DNA of 49,464 nt, from positions 1-49,464 of the IMG/VR virus record IMGVR_UViG_3300002054_000003. One strand, given 5' to 3'. A program made the position numbers and the translations under genes. Below are positions 28,756 through 37,496 of the stretch, piece by piece. Below the pieces are notes generated by a model. That model saw only the letters and a program-made list of their open reading frames with translations. It was not told where the DNA came from and made no database searches. How positions within the stretch are numbered: the first letter of the stretch is position 1; every line of letters starts with the position of its first letter. Source of the DNA: a virus.

Positions 28756-29051
28756 CCAAATCGACTTGAAAAAAGATCGTTATCATAGAGGTCTTTTCTC
28801 AACAAATTGTACACTCTGCTAATACCAATAAGATCAGGGTGTTGATGAATCCATGTACCAGAAAAAGCTACAAATTTTGTTTGAAAAAATTCATCAAGTT
28901 CAGCATTTCCTGTCGTAACACTTGGATTTATCGACTGACAAATAATATCAAATTCTGCATCTGACATTATCGAATCATTATGAAATTCGTATGCATAAGC
29001 TGCTACACTAGCGCGAATACGATTTCTAATTTCAGAATTAAATTCAATCAT
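28752..29051 (-). CDS. Hypothetical protein
   Basis: ORF track. Last gene of the minus-strand replication operon, with a 4-nt overlap on the polymerase gene. Confidence 0.5.
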   Translation of the reverse strand: MIEFNSEIRNRIRASVAAYAYEFHNDSIMSDAEFDIICQSINPSVTTGNAELDEFFQTKFVAFSGTWIHQHPDLIGISRVYNLLRKDLYDNDLFSSRFG

Positions 29052-31432
29052 CGAATTACAAGTTTTTCAGCTTCTGCAATATACCATTCATATTCGATAT
29101 TGCTTGGATCAAAATCTTCAATTGAATCACAAACTGCAACATTCCATCCAACATTTTGACCAATAATTCGCTCTTTACGGCGCATTTTAGATTGCGGTGC
29201 AGCTTTGTGAACCATCTGAAGTGGTGCACCATTCTTTGCAATATAGTATCGGGTCAGCTTCTGCAGCCATTCACCACCATCAGGTTCAAACACCATGTGT
29301 CTGATCGTCTGACCTTTACTGTCAACGTGTGTTTTTTCGTATGTTAAACCATCATCAGCCACATAGGTTTCAGGATATTCAGGGGTATCAACAGAACCTT
29401 CAGGGAAAAGTCTTTGGCGTGTTTTCCCTGTACATTTCGATCGAAGTAAGAAATCATAAGCGTCACCATGGTTATAAATAAATTCACGTACCGGAATACC
29501 GTCAATCATTTCAGCACATGCCGCTTTCTTAACAACAAGCGCACTGTGATCTTTCGCCCATGTGACTTCACGTGTTGCCGGGTTTTCCCGTTGCGTTTCG
29601 AATGCATAGCAACCAATGCGTTTAACAGAACCATCTGTTTTCTTTGCCATGTAATTATTTACATCACGAATCCACATCGCTTCATATTCGGCAAATTCTA
29701 ATTCAAGACCTGTGAAAGCTTCCCACCACTTACATAGTTCTGTTGCACGCGCTTCTTCATGTTCAGGTACTAAAAATGTGATACCATCAGTGTTCAGCTG
29801 AATCATTTTCGCTTGTGTACCTAAAAGAATTTTTTCAGTTAACAGGTATAAAAGTAATTGACCATTGATGGTAATTTGCATTGTGTACTGTGGATCAAGA
29901 AAAATACTGAATTCATTCGCACTGTCACCGTAAACACCGTTCAATGCTAATTTATACATAGCGTTTTCAGGTGATTTTTTCGGTGTACCTTTTCTTCGTT
30001 TGTAAACATCTTCATAGATATCACAAAACGTTTCAGATAAATGTGCAGGGAAGAACCTGTTGGCAATAGCAAGGTTCGGATAGTATGACGCCACATCCAC
30101 ATCTATCAGCTTCCAACCAGCTTCAGGACGCACGCACTGACGTTCTACACTGCCATGGCCACCACCTACCCCAACATCCATTTTAAACCCTTTCAGAGTA
30201 GCCGAAAGACCCTCTAATTCAGGTGGTGCTTTTGTTCGTTTAATGGTCGTGGCTTTTAAGTGTGATAAAACCCGTTGAAGTTCAGAAGTTTCAAATTCGA
30301 TCTTTGGAATTATCACATCAGCAAGATTAATTCCATCGGGACGTTTAGTCTGTTTTTTGTTATTGTATGTCCCTAAAAGATGTGGAGCGCGTGACTTTAA
30401 TTCTTGTTCGAAGAATTTTTTACCAATTTTTGCATCATTGAAGTTGATGACATCGTAACCCATGGTGTCAATAAGACCTTCACGAAATTTAATCATTGGT
30501 GCACTGTATTCCGCAAACTGTTCAGTTTCGTCTACATCATGACAGTTATAGAATATCATGCCTTCACGATCGGCTTCAGTTAGATAAGTTTCTGGTTTAA
30601 TTGGTAGATCACCAACATTACGGGAACGCATATTGAATTCAGTTTCTTTCAATGAAGTAGCGCGTGCTTTGTTGTCGAAATGATGAATTAAATAAAGATC
30701 AATTTGTTTTACACGTTGATCTTTATCCCAAACAGTTTTTTGAAAATTGGTTTCACATCTGAATGAATTACCATTTTTGCATTTCCAGCAATAACCACAA
30801 CCGTTGATAAGCTGCTTTGTTTTTGCAAAAGCGTCTGCAGCTGTGAAAGATGGTCCAATTGCTAAACAATGTTCAATGACTTGCCAATCATAGTAAAAAT
30901 TATTGAAACCAATCATTCTACAATCATGGTAAGCAAGTGCATAAATAAATTCTACAAATTGTGGTGCATCATTTTTCCAATCACTAACTTCAAAAATCCA
31001 ACGTTGACGGCTTGCATGATGACGAATTACGCAAGAAAAGAAATTTGGATATGATTCAATATCGTATGAATAATCTTTAGTTTGAATTCGATAACGAGTG
31101 ACCGGAACTTTCGCTTTTTCTGCAATCGAAACCATTCCATCTGTACCGCGTCCACCATCAAACGCCATTACGTGAGAAGGTTGACCATGGTTCAACATTT
31201 CATTATTTCGAATGTGACCAGCACTTTTACCGTATTCATCCCAATTTGCTTCAAATGTTTGAATTGGAATACCGCGGGAAAGCGCCCATTTTCTACCCAC
31301 TCTATCAGCACCGTTTGCACCACCTTCAATTAAAGTGCTGACAGGTGTAACGTGGTGGAATTGATCAAGTTTCCAAAAGGCAAAATCTGTCCATGGAAAA
31401 TCGCGACCGCCACAAACTAAAAGTTTTGTCAT
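29048..31432 (-). CDS. Family B DNA polymerase with 3'-5' exonuclease and an N-terminal DUF2493/SLOG-like domain
   Basis: Exonuclease motifs are YDIESYPNF, FNNFYYDWQVI and YNCHDVDE. Polymerase motifs are DVDVASYYPN (A), KLALNGVYGDS (B) and QLNTDGITF (C). The first ~118 aa (VCGGRDF..IEGGANGADR..ANWDEYGKSAGHIRNNEML..FDGGRGT) match DUF2493. Confidence 0.85.
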   Translation of the reverse strand: MTKLLVCGGRDFPWTDFAFWKLDQFHHVTPVSTLIEGGANGADRVGRKWALSRGIPIQTFEANWDEYGKSAGHIRNNEMLNHGQPSHVMAFDGGRGTDGMVSIAEKAKVPVTRYRIQTKDYSYDIESYPNFFSCVIRHHASRQRWIFEVSDWKNDAPQFVEFIYALAYHDCRMIGFNNFYYDWQVIEHCLAIGPSFTAADAFAKTKQLINGCGYCWKCKNGNSFRCETNFQKTVWDKDQRVKQIDLYLIHHFDNKARATSLKETEFNMRSRNVGDLPIKPETYLTEADREGMIFYNCHDVDETEQFAEYSAPMIKFREGLIDTMGYDVINFNDAKIGKKFFEQELKSRAPHLLGTYNNKKQTKRPDGINLADVIIPKIEFETSELQRVLSHLKATTIKRTKAPPELEGLSATLKGFKMDVGVGGGHGSVERQCVRPEAGWKLIDVDVASYYPNLAIANRFFPAHLSETFCDIYEDVYKRRKGTPKKSPENAMYKLALNGVYGDSANEFSIFLDPQYTMQITINGQLLLYLLTEKILLGTQAKMIQLNTDGITFLVPEHEEARATELCKWWEAFTGLELEFAEYEAMWIRDVNNYMAKKTDGSVKRIGCYAFETQRENPATREVTWAKDHSALVVKKAACAEMIDGIPVREFIYNHGDAYDFLLRSKCTGKTRQRLFPEGSVDTPEYPETYVADDGLTYEKTHVDSKGQTIRHMVFEPDGGEWLQKLTRYYIAKNGAPLQMVHKAAPQSKMRRKERIIGQNVGWNVAVCDSIEDFDPSNIEYEWYIAEAEKLVIR

Positions 31433-31523
31433 CAGATGTTTTCCAATCAGAAGGGTATGTTGTCAACCGCACAACCCAAAACAGATAAATATCCCGCCAT
31501 GTCAGCATGGGTTATGCGATCTT

Positions 31524-31562
31524 GTTTAAAAGGGCCACGGCAGTATTCACCAACCGTGGCCC
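31524..31562 (-). terminator. Terminator/attenuator between the SSB and polymerase genes
   Basis: A 9-bp GC-rich stem (GGGCCACGG/CCGTGGCCC), followed on the minus strand by TTTTAAAC. Confidence 0.5.
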
Positions 31563-31583
31563 CACATTCTACGCATGACGGTT

Positions 31584-32366
31584 CTACTTTGGGGATGCAA
31601 CCCATTCATTGTTGATCCACCACATTTCACCGGGTGTTCCCGCGGCGTGAATATGTGAAGGATCAGTAGGACGCGTCAAAACCGGTGCAGTAGGTGTCGC
31701 GGGCGCTGCAGGCGGTCCATCAGCAAAGTTTGCGTGCGGTGTTACACCGGGTGCCGCAGGTGCAGTTGGTGCCGCAGGTGCAGTTGGTGCCGCAGGTGAT
31801 GCAGTAGCAGCGTCAACTCCACCCGTGATCGGTTCACCATAGGCAATGAAACGATAAACTTGCGGATTAACATAGATACCTGCTGTAGCATCGTTGTTAC
31901 CGTTTCCTGCTACGGTGAAAGCCACTTGAATAAAGTGACCACGTGTCATTAACGGGTTATCATTTCCAATTTCTGCATTTGTTTGATCAGCACAATTGGT
32001 TACGAAGTTCGAACTGAAGTAAACGACATAACAACCGACCGTGTTTTTATTGATTTTTCCTTCAGAATTCGGTGCGTCACCATCTTTCACTTTCCATGAA
32101 AAACCGGAACGTGGCGCAAAATTATAATTTCCGATTAACGTTTGAATCTGTGGATATTGAGCGAATTCAGTAAACGCATGAGCAGCCATTGCTTGCAACA
32201 TTTCGTTTGTTTTCGGGTCACTTTTTGGAAAAGCAACACCGACGCTGTAATGATACTTATCCGGGTCCAAAGGTTTATTCAGGTGATCAGTTTTCACCGT
32301 TTCGGTCATTGAGCCACTTACCCAACGTCCTACAGGTGAAACGATAATTTGAGATTGATTAGCCAT
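31584..32366 (-). CDS. DUF2815-like single-stranded DNA-binding protein with a PAAPTA-repeat tail
   Basis: It lies next to a DUF2800-like nuclease and the polymerase, a known phage module. The N-terminal pattern is ..VSPVGRW.. ..KYHYSVGVAFPK. Ends in TAG. Confidence 0.6.
   Translation of the reverse strand: MANQSQIIVSPVGRWVSGSMTETVKTDHLNKPLDPDKYHYSVGVAFPKSDPKTNEMLQAMAAHAFTEFAQYPQIQTLIGNYNFAPRSGFSWKVKDGDAPNSEGKINKNTVGCYVVYFSSNFVTNCADQTNAEIGNDNPLMTRGHFIQVAFTVAGNGNNDATAGIYVNPQVYRFIAYGEPITGGVDAATASPAAPTAPAAPTAPAAPGVTPHANFADGPPAAPATPTAPVLTRPTDPSHIHAAGTPGEMWWINNEWVASPK
31756..31798. repeat. 43-bp direct repeat, copy A (18-bp GGTGCCGCAGGTGCAGTT units)
   Basis: Identical to 33814-33856. It encodes a PTAPAAPTAPAAP linker. 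Confidence 0.85.
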
Positions 32367-32369
32367 AGT

Positions 32370-33476
32370 TCAGTTTCCTTTTTCGTTGAACATTGCAGCA
32401 ATGTCATTTTCAGTCACACGGACAATTTGTGTACCCGTAAGTGGCTGTTTCGTAAGTGGTTTTACACGTTCTTTGAATTCAACACTGCCTCCACCACGCC
32501 TTTCAAGTTCAGCAGGTGTACAGATTGATTTTGTCCACGGATCAACACCGGTTAACAACTGAACATTTGTAGCCGATTGTGTAAAAACCCTATTTCCCTT
32601 TTTGTGTTTAAGACCCCAACCCGGAATCGATTCGTGTTTTAAACGCGCTTCAGCTTCATTTTCAATTGCTTTAAAACGTGCATTAATTGTTTTCTTGCAT
32701 TCATCCATGAAATCTAATTCACGTGACAATTCTGGTGGTGTCATGTCACGATGGGTTCTTGAAGTTATGACATGAACAAGATTGTATGTGGTTTTCGCCA
32801 ACGCTTCACAACCGGATGCAGCTTTACAATTTGAACAGTGTGGACCCGGTGTAGCGATCGAATCAGGTTTTTGGCTTTCTACAGCCATGGTCCATAGTTC
32901 CATGAATTCTTCATGCAATTGAGTTGGTGTAACAACTCTTGTTCGATAAATTCCGTCTTTGTGAAATCCACGTGGTTGATAAATCGATAAGTGAACTTCA
33001 CTGACTGAACCGGGCGGTAAAGTCATCAGTTTTCCGTACCCGTAACAGACAAGTTGTTTGGCAGTTGTTTCGACAATTTGCCGACCATATTTTAAATCTG
33101 GTACACGTAAAATTCCATTATCAAAAACAGTAATTGAAGAATCCAAAGTACCGGCAATTAAAGGTTCTTGACTTGCTACAATGTATTCTTCAGCTGTAAT
33201 TGTACCGCCATAAGATCGAACTAAATCCACATATTGTTGAATATCAGCAGCCATTGTTTTATCAACAAGCCACCCATTTTCGTGTGTTTTTCCGATTAAA
33301 TCATCACAAGAAATACCTTCATTGCTATTTAAAACAACTTCTGCAATCCATGCTGCACAAGTTCCTTCACGTGCCGCATCATTAGGGACATCAGATAAAT
33401 TACGTGTGAACCTTTGAAAAGCTGCACAATTTCCCCAATAAGAACTTTCTGAAGGACGAAAACGTTCTTGTGACAT
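32370..33476 (-). CDS. PD-(D/E)XK exonuclease, Cas4-like / DUF2800-like
   Basis: An N-terminal Cys (WGNCAAF) plus a C-terminal CSNCKAASGC (C-x2-C-x5-C) fit a Cas4-type Fe-S cluster. The module context agrees. Confidence 0.7.
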   Translation of the reverse strand: MSQERFRPSESSYWGNCAAFQRFTRNLSDVPNDAAREGTCAAWIAEVVLNSNEGISCDDLIGKTHENGWLVDKTMAADIQQYVDLVRSYGGTITAEEYIVASQEPLIAGTLDSSITVFDNGILRVPDLKYGRQIVETTAKQLVCYGYGKLMTLPPGSVSEVHLSIYQPRGFHKDGIYRTRVVTPTQLHEEFMELWTMAVESQKPDSIATPGPHCSNCKAASGCEALAKTTYNLVHVITSRTHRDMTPPELSRELDFMDECKKTINARFKAIENEAEARLKHESIPGWGLKHKKGNRVFTQSATNVQLLTGVDPWTKSICTPAELERRGGGSVEFKERVKPLTKQPLTGTQIVRVTENDIAAMFNEKGN

Positions 33477-33494
33477 TATTCAACTAACCTTTTC

Positions 33495-33580
33495 TGGTAC
33501 GGACGGTGGGACTCGAACCCACACGGCTATAAAGCCCACGGATTTTAAGTCCGATATGTCTACCATTCCATCACGTCCGC
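33495..33580 (-). tRNA. tRNA-Leu (anticodon UAA), type II with a long variable arm and encoded CCA
   Basis: Manual fold: acceptor GCGGACG/CGTCCGT, anticodon loop CTTAAAA, variable stem GGCT/AGCC, T-arm GTGGG-TTCGAGT-CCCAC, 3' ACCA. It closely parallels E. coli leuZ as I recall it. Confidence 0.85.
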
Positions 33581-33629
33581 ATAAGTTTTGGCACGCCCCT
33601 GTGAAGGAACGCACCATTTTGTTTTGATC

Positions 33630-34058
33630 TTACAGCTGATTGATCATCTGCAGAACTTGTGTCCGCTGTGTTTCGTTGGTCTGCAACGAAGAACCATCAG
33701 CAGGAACACCACAGGCTTCATAAATTTCACCAAGTTTTGCCATAAGAGCATCTTGACCGATACGGGCAATGACTTCAGTGAAACCTGCCGTTAGTTGTTC
33801 AAAAGAAACTGGTGCAGGTGCAGTTGGTGCCGCAGGTGCAGTTGGTGCCGCAGGTGCAGTTGCCCAAGGAACACCGTTAATATCAACTTCTGCGCTTTCA
33901 GCAGGTGTGGTCGGTGCCGCGGGCGCTGCAGGTGCAGCAGAAGTTGATATTAACGGTGTTCCACCTGAAATTTCCACATCGCCACGTTCACCAATGCGGC
34001 GAAGCAGATTTTCTGCTTCTTCATCGTTGACTTGCATCGTAATAGTCATAGTACGCAT
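33630..34058 (-). CDS. Hypothetical protein with PAAPTA linkers and an internal palindrome
   Basis: AGGA lies 7 nt upstream of the ATG. It is the first gene of the leftward replication operon. Confidence 0.6.
   Translation of the reverse strand: MRTMTITMQVNDEEAENLLRRIGERGDVEISGGTPLISTSAAPAAPAAPTTPAESAEVDINGVPWATAPAAPTAPAAPTAPAPVSFEQLTAGFTEVIARIGQDALMAKLGEIYEACGVPADGSSLQTNETQRTQVLQMINQL
33814..33856. repeat. 43-bp direct repeat, copy B
   Basis: Identical to 31756-31798. Confidence 0.85.
33868..33962. repeat. Perfect 26-bp inverted repeat (arms 33868-33893 and 33937-33962) with a 43-nt spacer
   Basis: GGAACACCGTTAATATCAACTTCTGC and its exact reverse complement, both inside the coding sequence. 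Confidence 0.9.
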
Positions 34059-34158
34059 TTTGAAATCCTTCTTTGACGCGTTAATTTAGTGGTTGACTTG
34101 TGACGACAGTTAGTGGCATTTAGCAACATATGTCAACAACAAAAATTCGGGAAGAACC

Positions 34159-35808
34159 GTGCCAGTACAGTTAAGACCAGAATACCAGCTTCCTATACAG
34201 ACTGGTATTTTCGAATCTTGGCAAAAGGTTCGGCAAGATGGTGAACAAGGTCCATGTAACGTATTAGCTGTAGCACCAACAGGTGCAGGTAAGACAGTAA
34301 TCATGTCATCTGTGGTGAAGAACGTCAATGGTCCCACCATGTCGATTGCACATCGTCAAGAATTGGTTTCACAAATTAGTTTAGCGTTGGCAAAAAATGA
34401 AATTTATCATAGAATTTTAGCGTCAGATTCCGTGATAAAATTTTGCATTACACGTCATATTGAAGAAGTTGGGAAAAATTTTCATCACATCGATTCACCT
34501 GATGCTGTGTCAGGTGTGAAAACTCTTTTAAATCGCGCTGATGCACTGACACAGTTTTTGAACGGTGTGAAAGTTTGGAACACTGATGAAGGACACCATG
34601 TCACACCTGATAACAGTTGGGGGAAATCTACTCTGTTGATGCCGAACGCTTTTGGCGTGGCTTTCACTGCTTCACCGATTCGCGCTGATCGTAAACCACT
34701 TGGTCGTGTGAACGGTGGCGTGTTTGACTATATGGTTGTTGGACCTTCCATGCGTGAACTTATCAACATGGGTTACCTTTCAGATTACCGTTTGTTCGCA
34801 CCAACAATTTCTATTGACCGATCACAAATACCTGTATCTGAATCAACTGGTGATTTAAATCAAACAGCACTTCGAAAAGCAGCACATAAATCACAGATAG
34901 TTGGTGACATAGTTGAAAATTATTTAAAGTTTGCAAATGGTAAACGCGGTATTGCTTTTGTTGTAGATATTGAACAAGCAAAAGACGTTGCTGAAAGATT
35001 TAACAGCGCTGGTATAAAAACCATGGCTGTTTCTTCAAAAACACCTGATAACATCAGACAAGATTCAATCAAACGTTTCACACGTGGTGAATTAAGCATT
35101 CTTGTAAACGTTGATCTATTTGGCGAAGGTTTTGATGTACCAGCTGTTGAAGTCGTCATGATGGGTAGACCAACAGAATCTTTCGGTCTCTATCTTCAGC
35201 AATTCGGACGCGCTCTTAGAATGTTCGAAGGTAAAGAATTCGGTATCATTATTGATCATGTCGGAAACTACAAAAGACATGGTTTACCAGATGCAAAACG
35301 CGTGTGGTCATTGGAACAAGATTTACGTGGCACACCGCGGGGTAGACGTGATCCTGATATTATGCCTTTGCGAAGATGTAGTTCGTGCTTTTCAGCTTAT
35401 GAAGCGATCACGAATATCTGCCCGTACTGTGGTCATGTGGAAGAACCTGAAGCACGTAGTGGACCTGAATTTGTAGATGGTGATTTAATTGAAATTGACC
35501 CAAATGTTTTAGCAAGAATGCGCGGCGAAGTTGAAAATGTTCAGAAATGGAATTCAGAATTTTCAGATAAAGACGATGCTATTTCACGTGCAAAAAAAAT
35601 CAATATTAGAAAGCGACAATCTGCACAATTAGAATTGCGTGATGCAATTAATTTATGGGCTGGAATTCAGACACAGTTATACGATCGAACAGAACCGAAT
35701 GCATATCGTCTGTTCTATCACACTTATGGTATGGATGTACTCACGGCACAAGCGCAGAACACATCTGACATGATGAAGTTGACTGCAGAGATTAGGAAGG
35801 CTTTCTGA
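34159..35808 (+). CDS. SF2 DEAD/DEAH-type helicase with a C-terminal zinc ribbon
   Basis: APTGAGKT (Walker A), DEGHH (motif II), TASP (motif III), QQFGRALR (motif VI), and CSSC..CPYCGH. GTG start. Confidence 0.85.
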   Translation: MPVQLRPEYQLPIQTGIFESWQKVRQDGEQGPCNVLAVAPTGAGKTVIMSSVVKNVNGPTMSIAHRQELVSQISLALAKNEIYHRILASDSVIKFCITRHIEEVGKNFHHIDSPDAVSGVKTLLNRADALTQFLNGVKVWNTDEGHHVTPDNSWGKSTLLMPNAFGVAFTASPIRADRKPLGRVNGGVFDYMVVGPSMRELINMGYLSDYRLFAPTISIDRSQIPVSESTGDLNQTALRKAAHKSQIVGDIVENYLKFANGKRGIAFVVDIEQAKDVAERFNSAGIKTMAVSSKTPDNIRQDSIKRFTRGELSILVNVDLFGEGFDVPAVEVVMMGRPTESFGLYLQQFGRALRMFEGKEFGIIIDHVGNYKRHGLPDAKRVWSLEQDLRGTPRGRRDPDIMPLRRCSSCFSAYEAITNICPYCGHVEEPEARSGPEFVDGDLIEIDPNVLARMRGEVENVQKWNSEFSDKDDAISRAKKINIRKRQSAQLELRDAINLWAGIQTQLYDRTEPNAYRLFYHTYGMDVLTAQAQNTSDMMKLTAEIRKAF

Positions 35809-36182
35809 TGGTCACAGAAGCTTCAGAACAAGCGAAGATCATTGTTCGTGCTTTCCAGATGGGGTACGCGTTATGGCGTAACAATTCAGGGGTTGCACGT
35901 GAAGAACATCGTCACGTAAGGTTTGGTCTTGGGAATGACTCAGCCAAGATCAACAAAAAATGGAAGTCATGTGATCTAGTCGGTGTTGGTCCTGATGGAC
36001 GAATGCTGATGGTGGAAGTGAAAAAGCAGGGTTGGGTGTTCACCGGCACTGAAAGGGAAGTTGCACAAGCCAACGCTATCAATCAAGTCAATGCTTTAGG
36101 CGGGATAGCCTTCTTTTGTTCGTCAGTTGAAGAATTTGAAACAATTATCACAGGATGTTTATCAAAAAGGTCAGGAATATGA
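35808..36182 (+). CDS. VRR-NUC domain nuclease
   Basis: SEQAKII...CDLVGV...MVEVKK..G...Q...I is the pattern of the VRR-NUC core. Confidence 0.7.
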   Translation: MVTEASEQAKIIVRAFQMGYALWRNNSGVAREEHRHVRFGLGNDSAKINKKWKSCDLVGVGPDGRMLMVEVKKQGWVFTGTEREVAQANAINQVNALGGIAFFCSSVEEFETIITGCLSKRSGI

Positions 36183-36430
36183 AAAATGCAACTAAGTTGC
36201 CGCCAGAACAACGAAAAGCTTTAATTTTATCTGCAGCTATCGAAGTTGCCAATAAAAAAAGCCTTGCTGAAGTCAGTTTTGGTTCTGTTTCGACGGAGTG
36301 CACGATGAAGACGACACCAAGAACGGTCGCACATTATTTCAAAATCGGTGAACTTCGAAAAGCGATTGTGGCTGATGTTCGATCGTCTCAGGAAGTACGG
36401 CAAGAAGCCGTTGCTATGGGTATCGGTTAA
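36179..36430 (+). CDS. Small HTH protein resembling a TetR N-terminal DNA-binding domain
   Basis: QRKALILSAAIEVANKKSLAEVSFGSVSTECTMKTTPRTVAHYF. The ATG at 36179 overlaps the previous stop. Confidence 0.45.
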   Translation: MKNATKLPPEQRKALILSAAIEVANKKSLAEVSFGSVSTECTMKTTPRTVAHYFKIGELRKAIVADVRSSQEVRQEAVAMGIG

Positions 36431-36506
36431 CTTCAATGGATTGTTGTTGGGTGGTTTGGGGGCAAGAAGTCCCATTCAGTAATCAACCTTTAGAAAGAGT
36501 GAAACA

Positions 36507-37496
36507 ATGGACCTAAAAGCAGAACTTATCAACAATCAAAATGATGATTTGACTGTTGTGAATGCAGCACGTGTTTCTTTCGATAAAGAAAGCGCATGGG
36601 ATGAATCAGAACGTGATGAAGAAACTGGTCATGAAATTGAATACGTTGGGCCTAAACAGCTTCGTTTTGAAGATTCACGATTAATAAAATATCTTGCCAA
36701 TCATGGACACTGGACACCGTTTAGTCATTGCCGTTTCACGTTTGAAGGAAGTACACCGGTTATTAATGCAGTCCCTGAAGATTCTAATGTCAGAACCGGA
36801 TTGATCGTTTCAAAAGGTGGTAAAAAAGTTCGTCACTCATTTTTTGGATGGGTGCAGCTTTTAGAAGAATGTCACGTCAGCGTTCTTTATGCGAATGATA
36901 TTCGAAATAAACTGATTCATTTAATGCCTACTTCAGCTGATGCATTTGGTCTTCGCTGTAGATCACCAAACCAAATCGTTGATATAATTTATCCGCAAGA
37001 TGAAGTTGATCCGAATTTTATTGATTTCACATTGCGTGAAACTGTTCCAATTTTTGTCGCACGTCAGCGTTTCAAACACACTGTGGATGTGGATTACAAT
37101 GAAGTTTCACGTAGGTATGTTTCAGATAAACCTGAATTTTATATTCCTGAAGTGTGGCGTGGAAAACCAACAGATGGTGCAAAGCAAGGTTCTTCTGAAA
37201 TCGAAGTAGAATGGTTGTATGGTTACACAGACGGACCAACTCTTTCTATTCACGCTGCATACAAAAGTTTCATAGAACAAGCTGAACAGTTCTATGACGC
37301 TTTGATTGCAAATGAAGTCGCACCTGAACAAGCACGTATGGTGCTGCCACAGTCTATGATGACAAGCTACTACGTCACATCGAATTTGGATGCTTGGCGT
37401 CGGTGTTACGGACTTCGCATTGACGCTCACTCACAGAAAGAAATTCGTGATCTTGCGGTTCTTTGGGGTGAACTTATCGATGGGGTGATGGTATGA
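36507..37496 (+). CDS. thyX: ThyX-family flavin-dependent thymidylate synthase-like protein (divergent)
   Basis: VVNAARVSF, GHWTPFSH, VARQRFKH....NEVSRRY (where the canonical motif is RHR....S.RY), and QARMVLPQS..T..VTSNLDAWRRCYGLR.D.HSQKEIRDLA. Confidence 0.65.
   Translation: MDLKAELINNQNDDLTVVNAARVSFDKESAWDESERDEETGHEIEYVGPKQLRFEDSRLIKYLANHGHWTPFSHCRFTFEGSTPVINAVPEDSNVRTGLIVSKGGKKVRHSFFGWVQLLEECHVSVLYANDIRNKLIHLMPTSADAFGLRCRSPNQIVDIIYPQDEVDPNFIDFTLRETVPIFVARQRFKHTVDVDYNEVSRRYVSDKPEFYIPEVWRGKPTDGAKQGSSEIEVEWLYGYTDGPTLSIHAAYKSFIEQAEQFYDALIANEVAPEQARMVLPQSMMTSYYVTSNLDAWRRCYGLRIDAHSQKEIRDLAVLWGELIDGVMV

Noticed and set aside
28752-29051. Resemblance of ..AAYAYEFHNDSIMSDAEFDIICQSI.. to the N-terminal domain Ia motif of NAD-dependent DNA ligase (YY....P.isD.EYD.L).
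   Set aside because: At only 99 aa it has no adenylation domain or KxDG motif, and the similarity is a short pattern recalled from memory. I left it as hypothetical.
33769-34089. A 106-aa plus-strand ORF antisense to gene 33630-34058. Similar shadow ORFs occur inside large genes, for example 7889-8341 and 7923-8420 (-), 17072-17383 (-), 18567-18869 (-), 4571-4984 (-) and 9491-9898 (-).
   Set aside because: They are fully nested antisense to well-supported genes and have low-complexity or repeat-driven open frames, no RBS and no recognisable motifs. I treat them as frame shadows.
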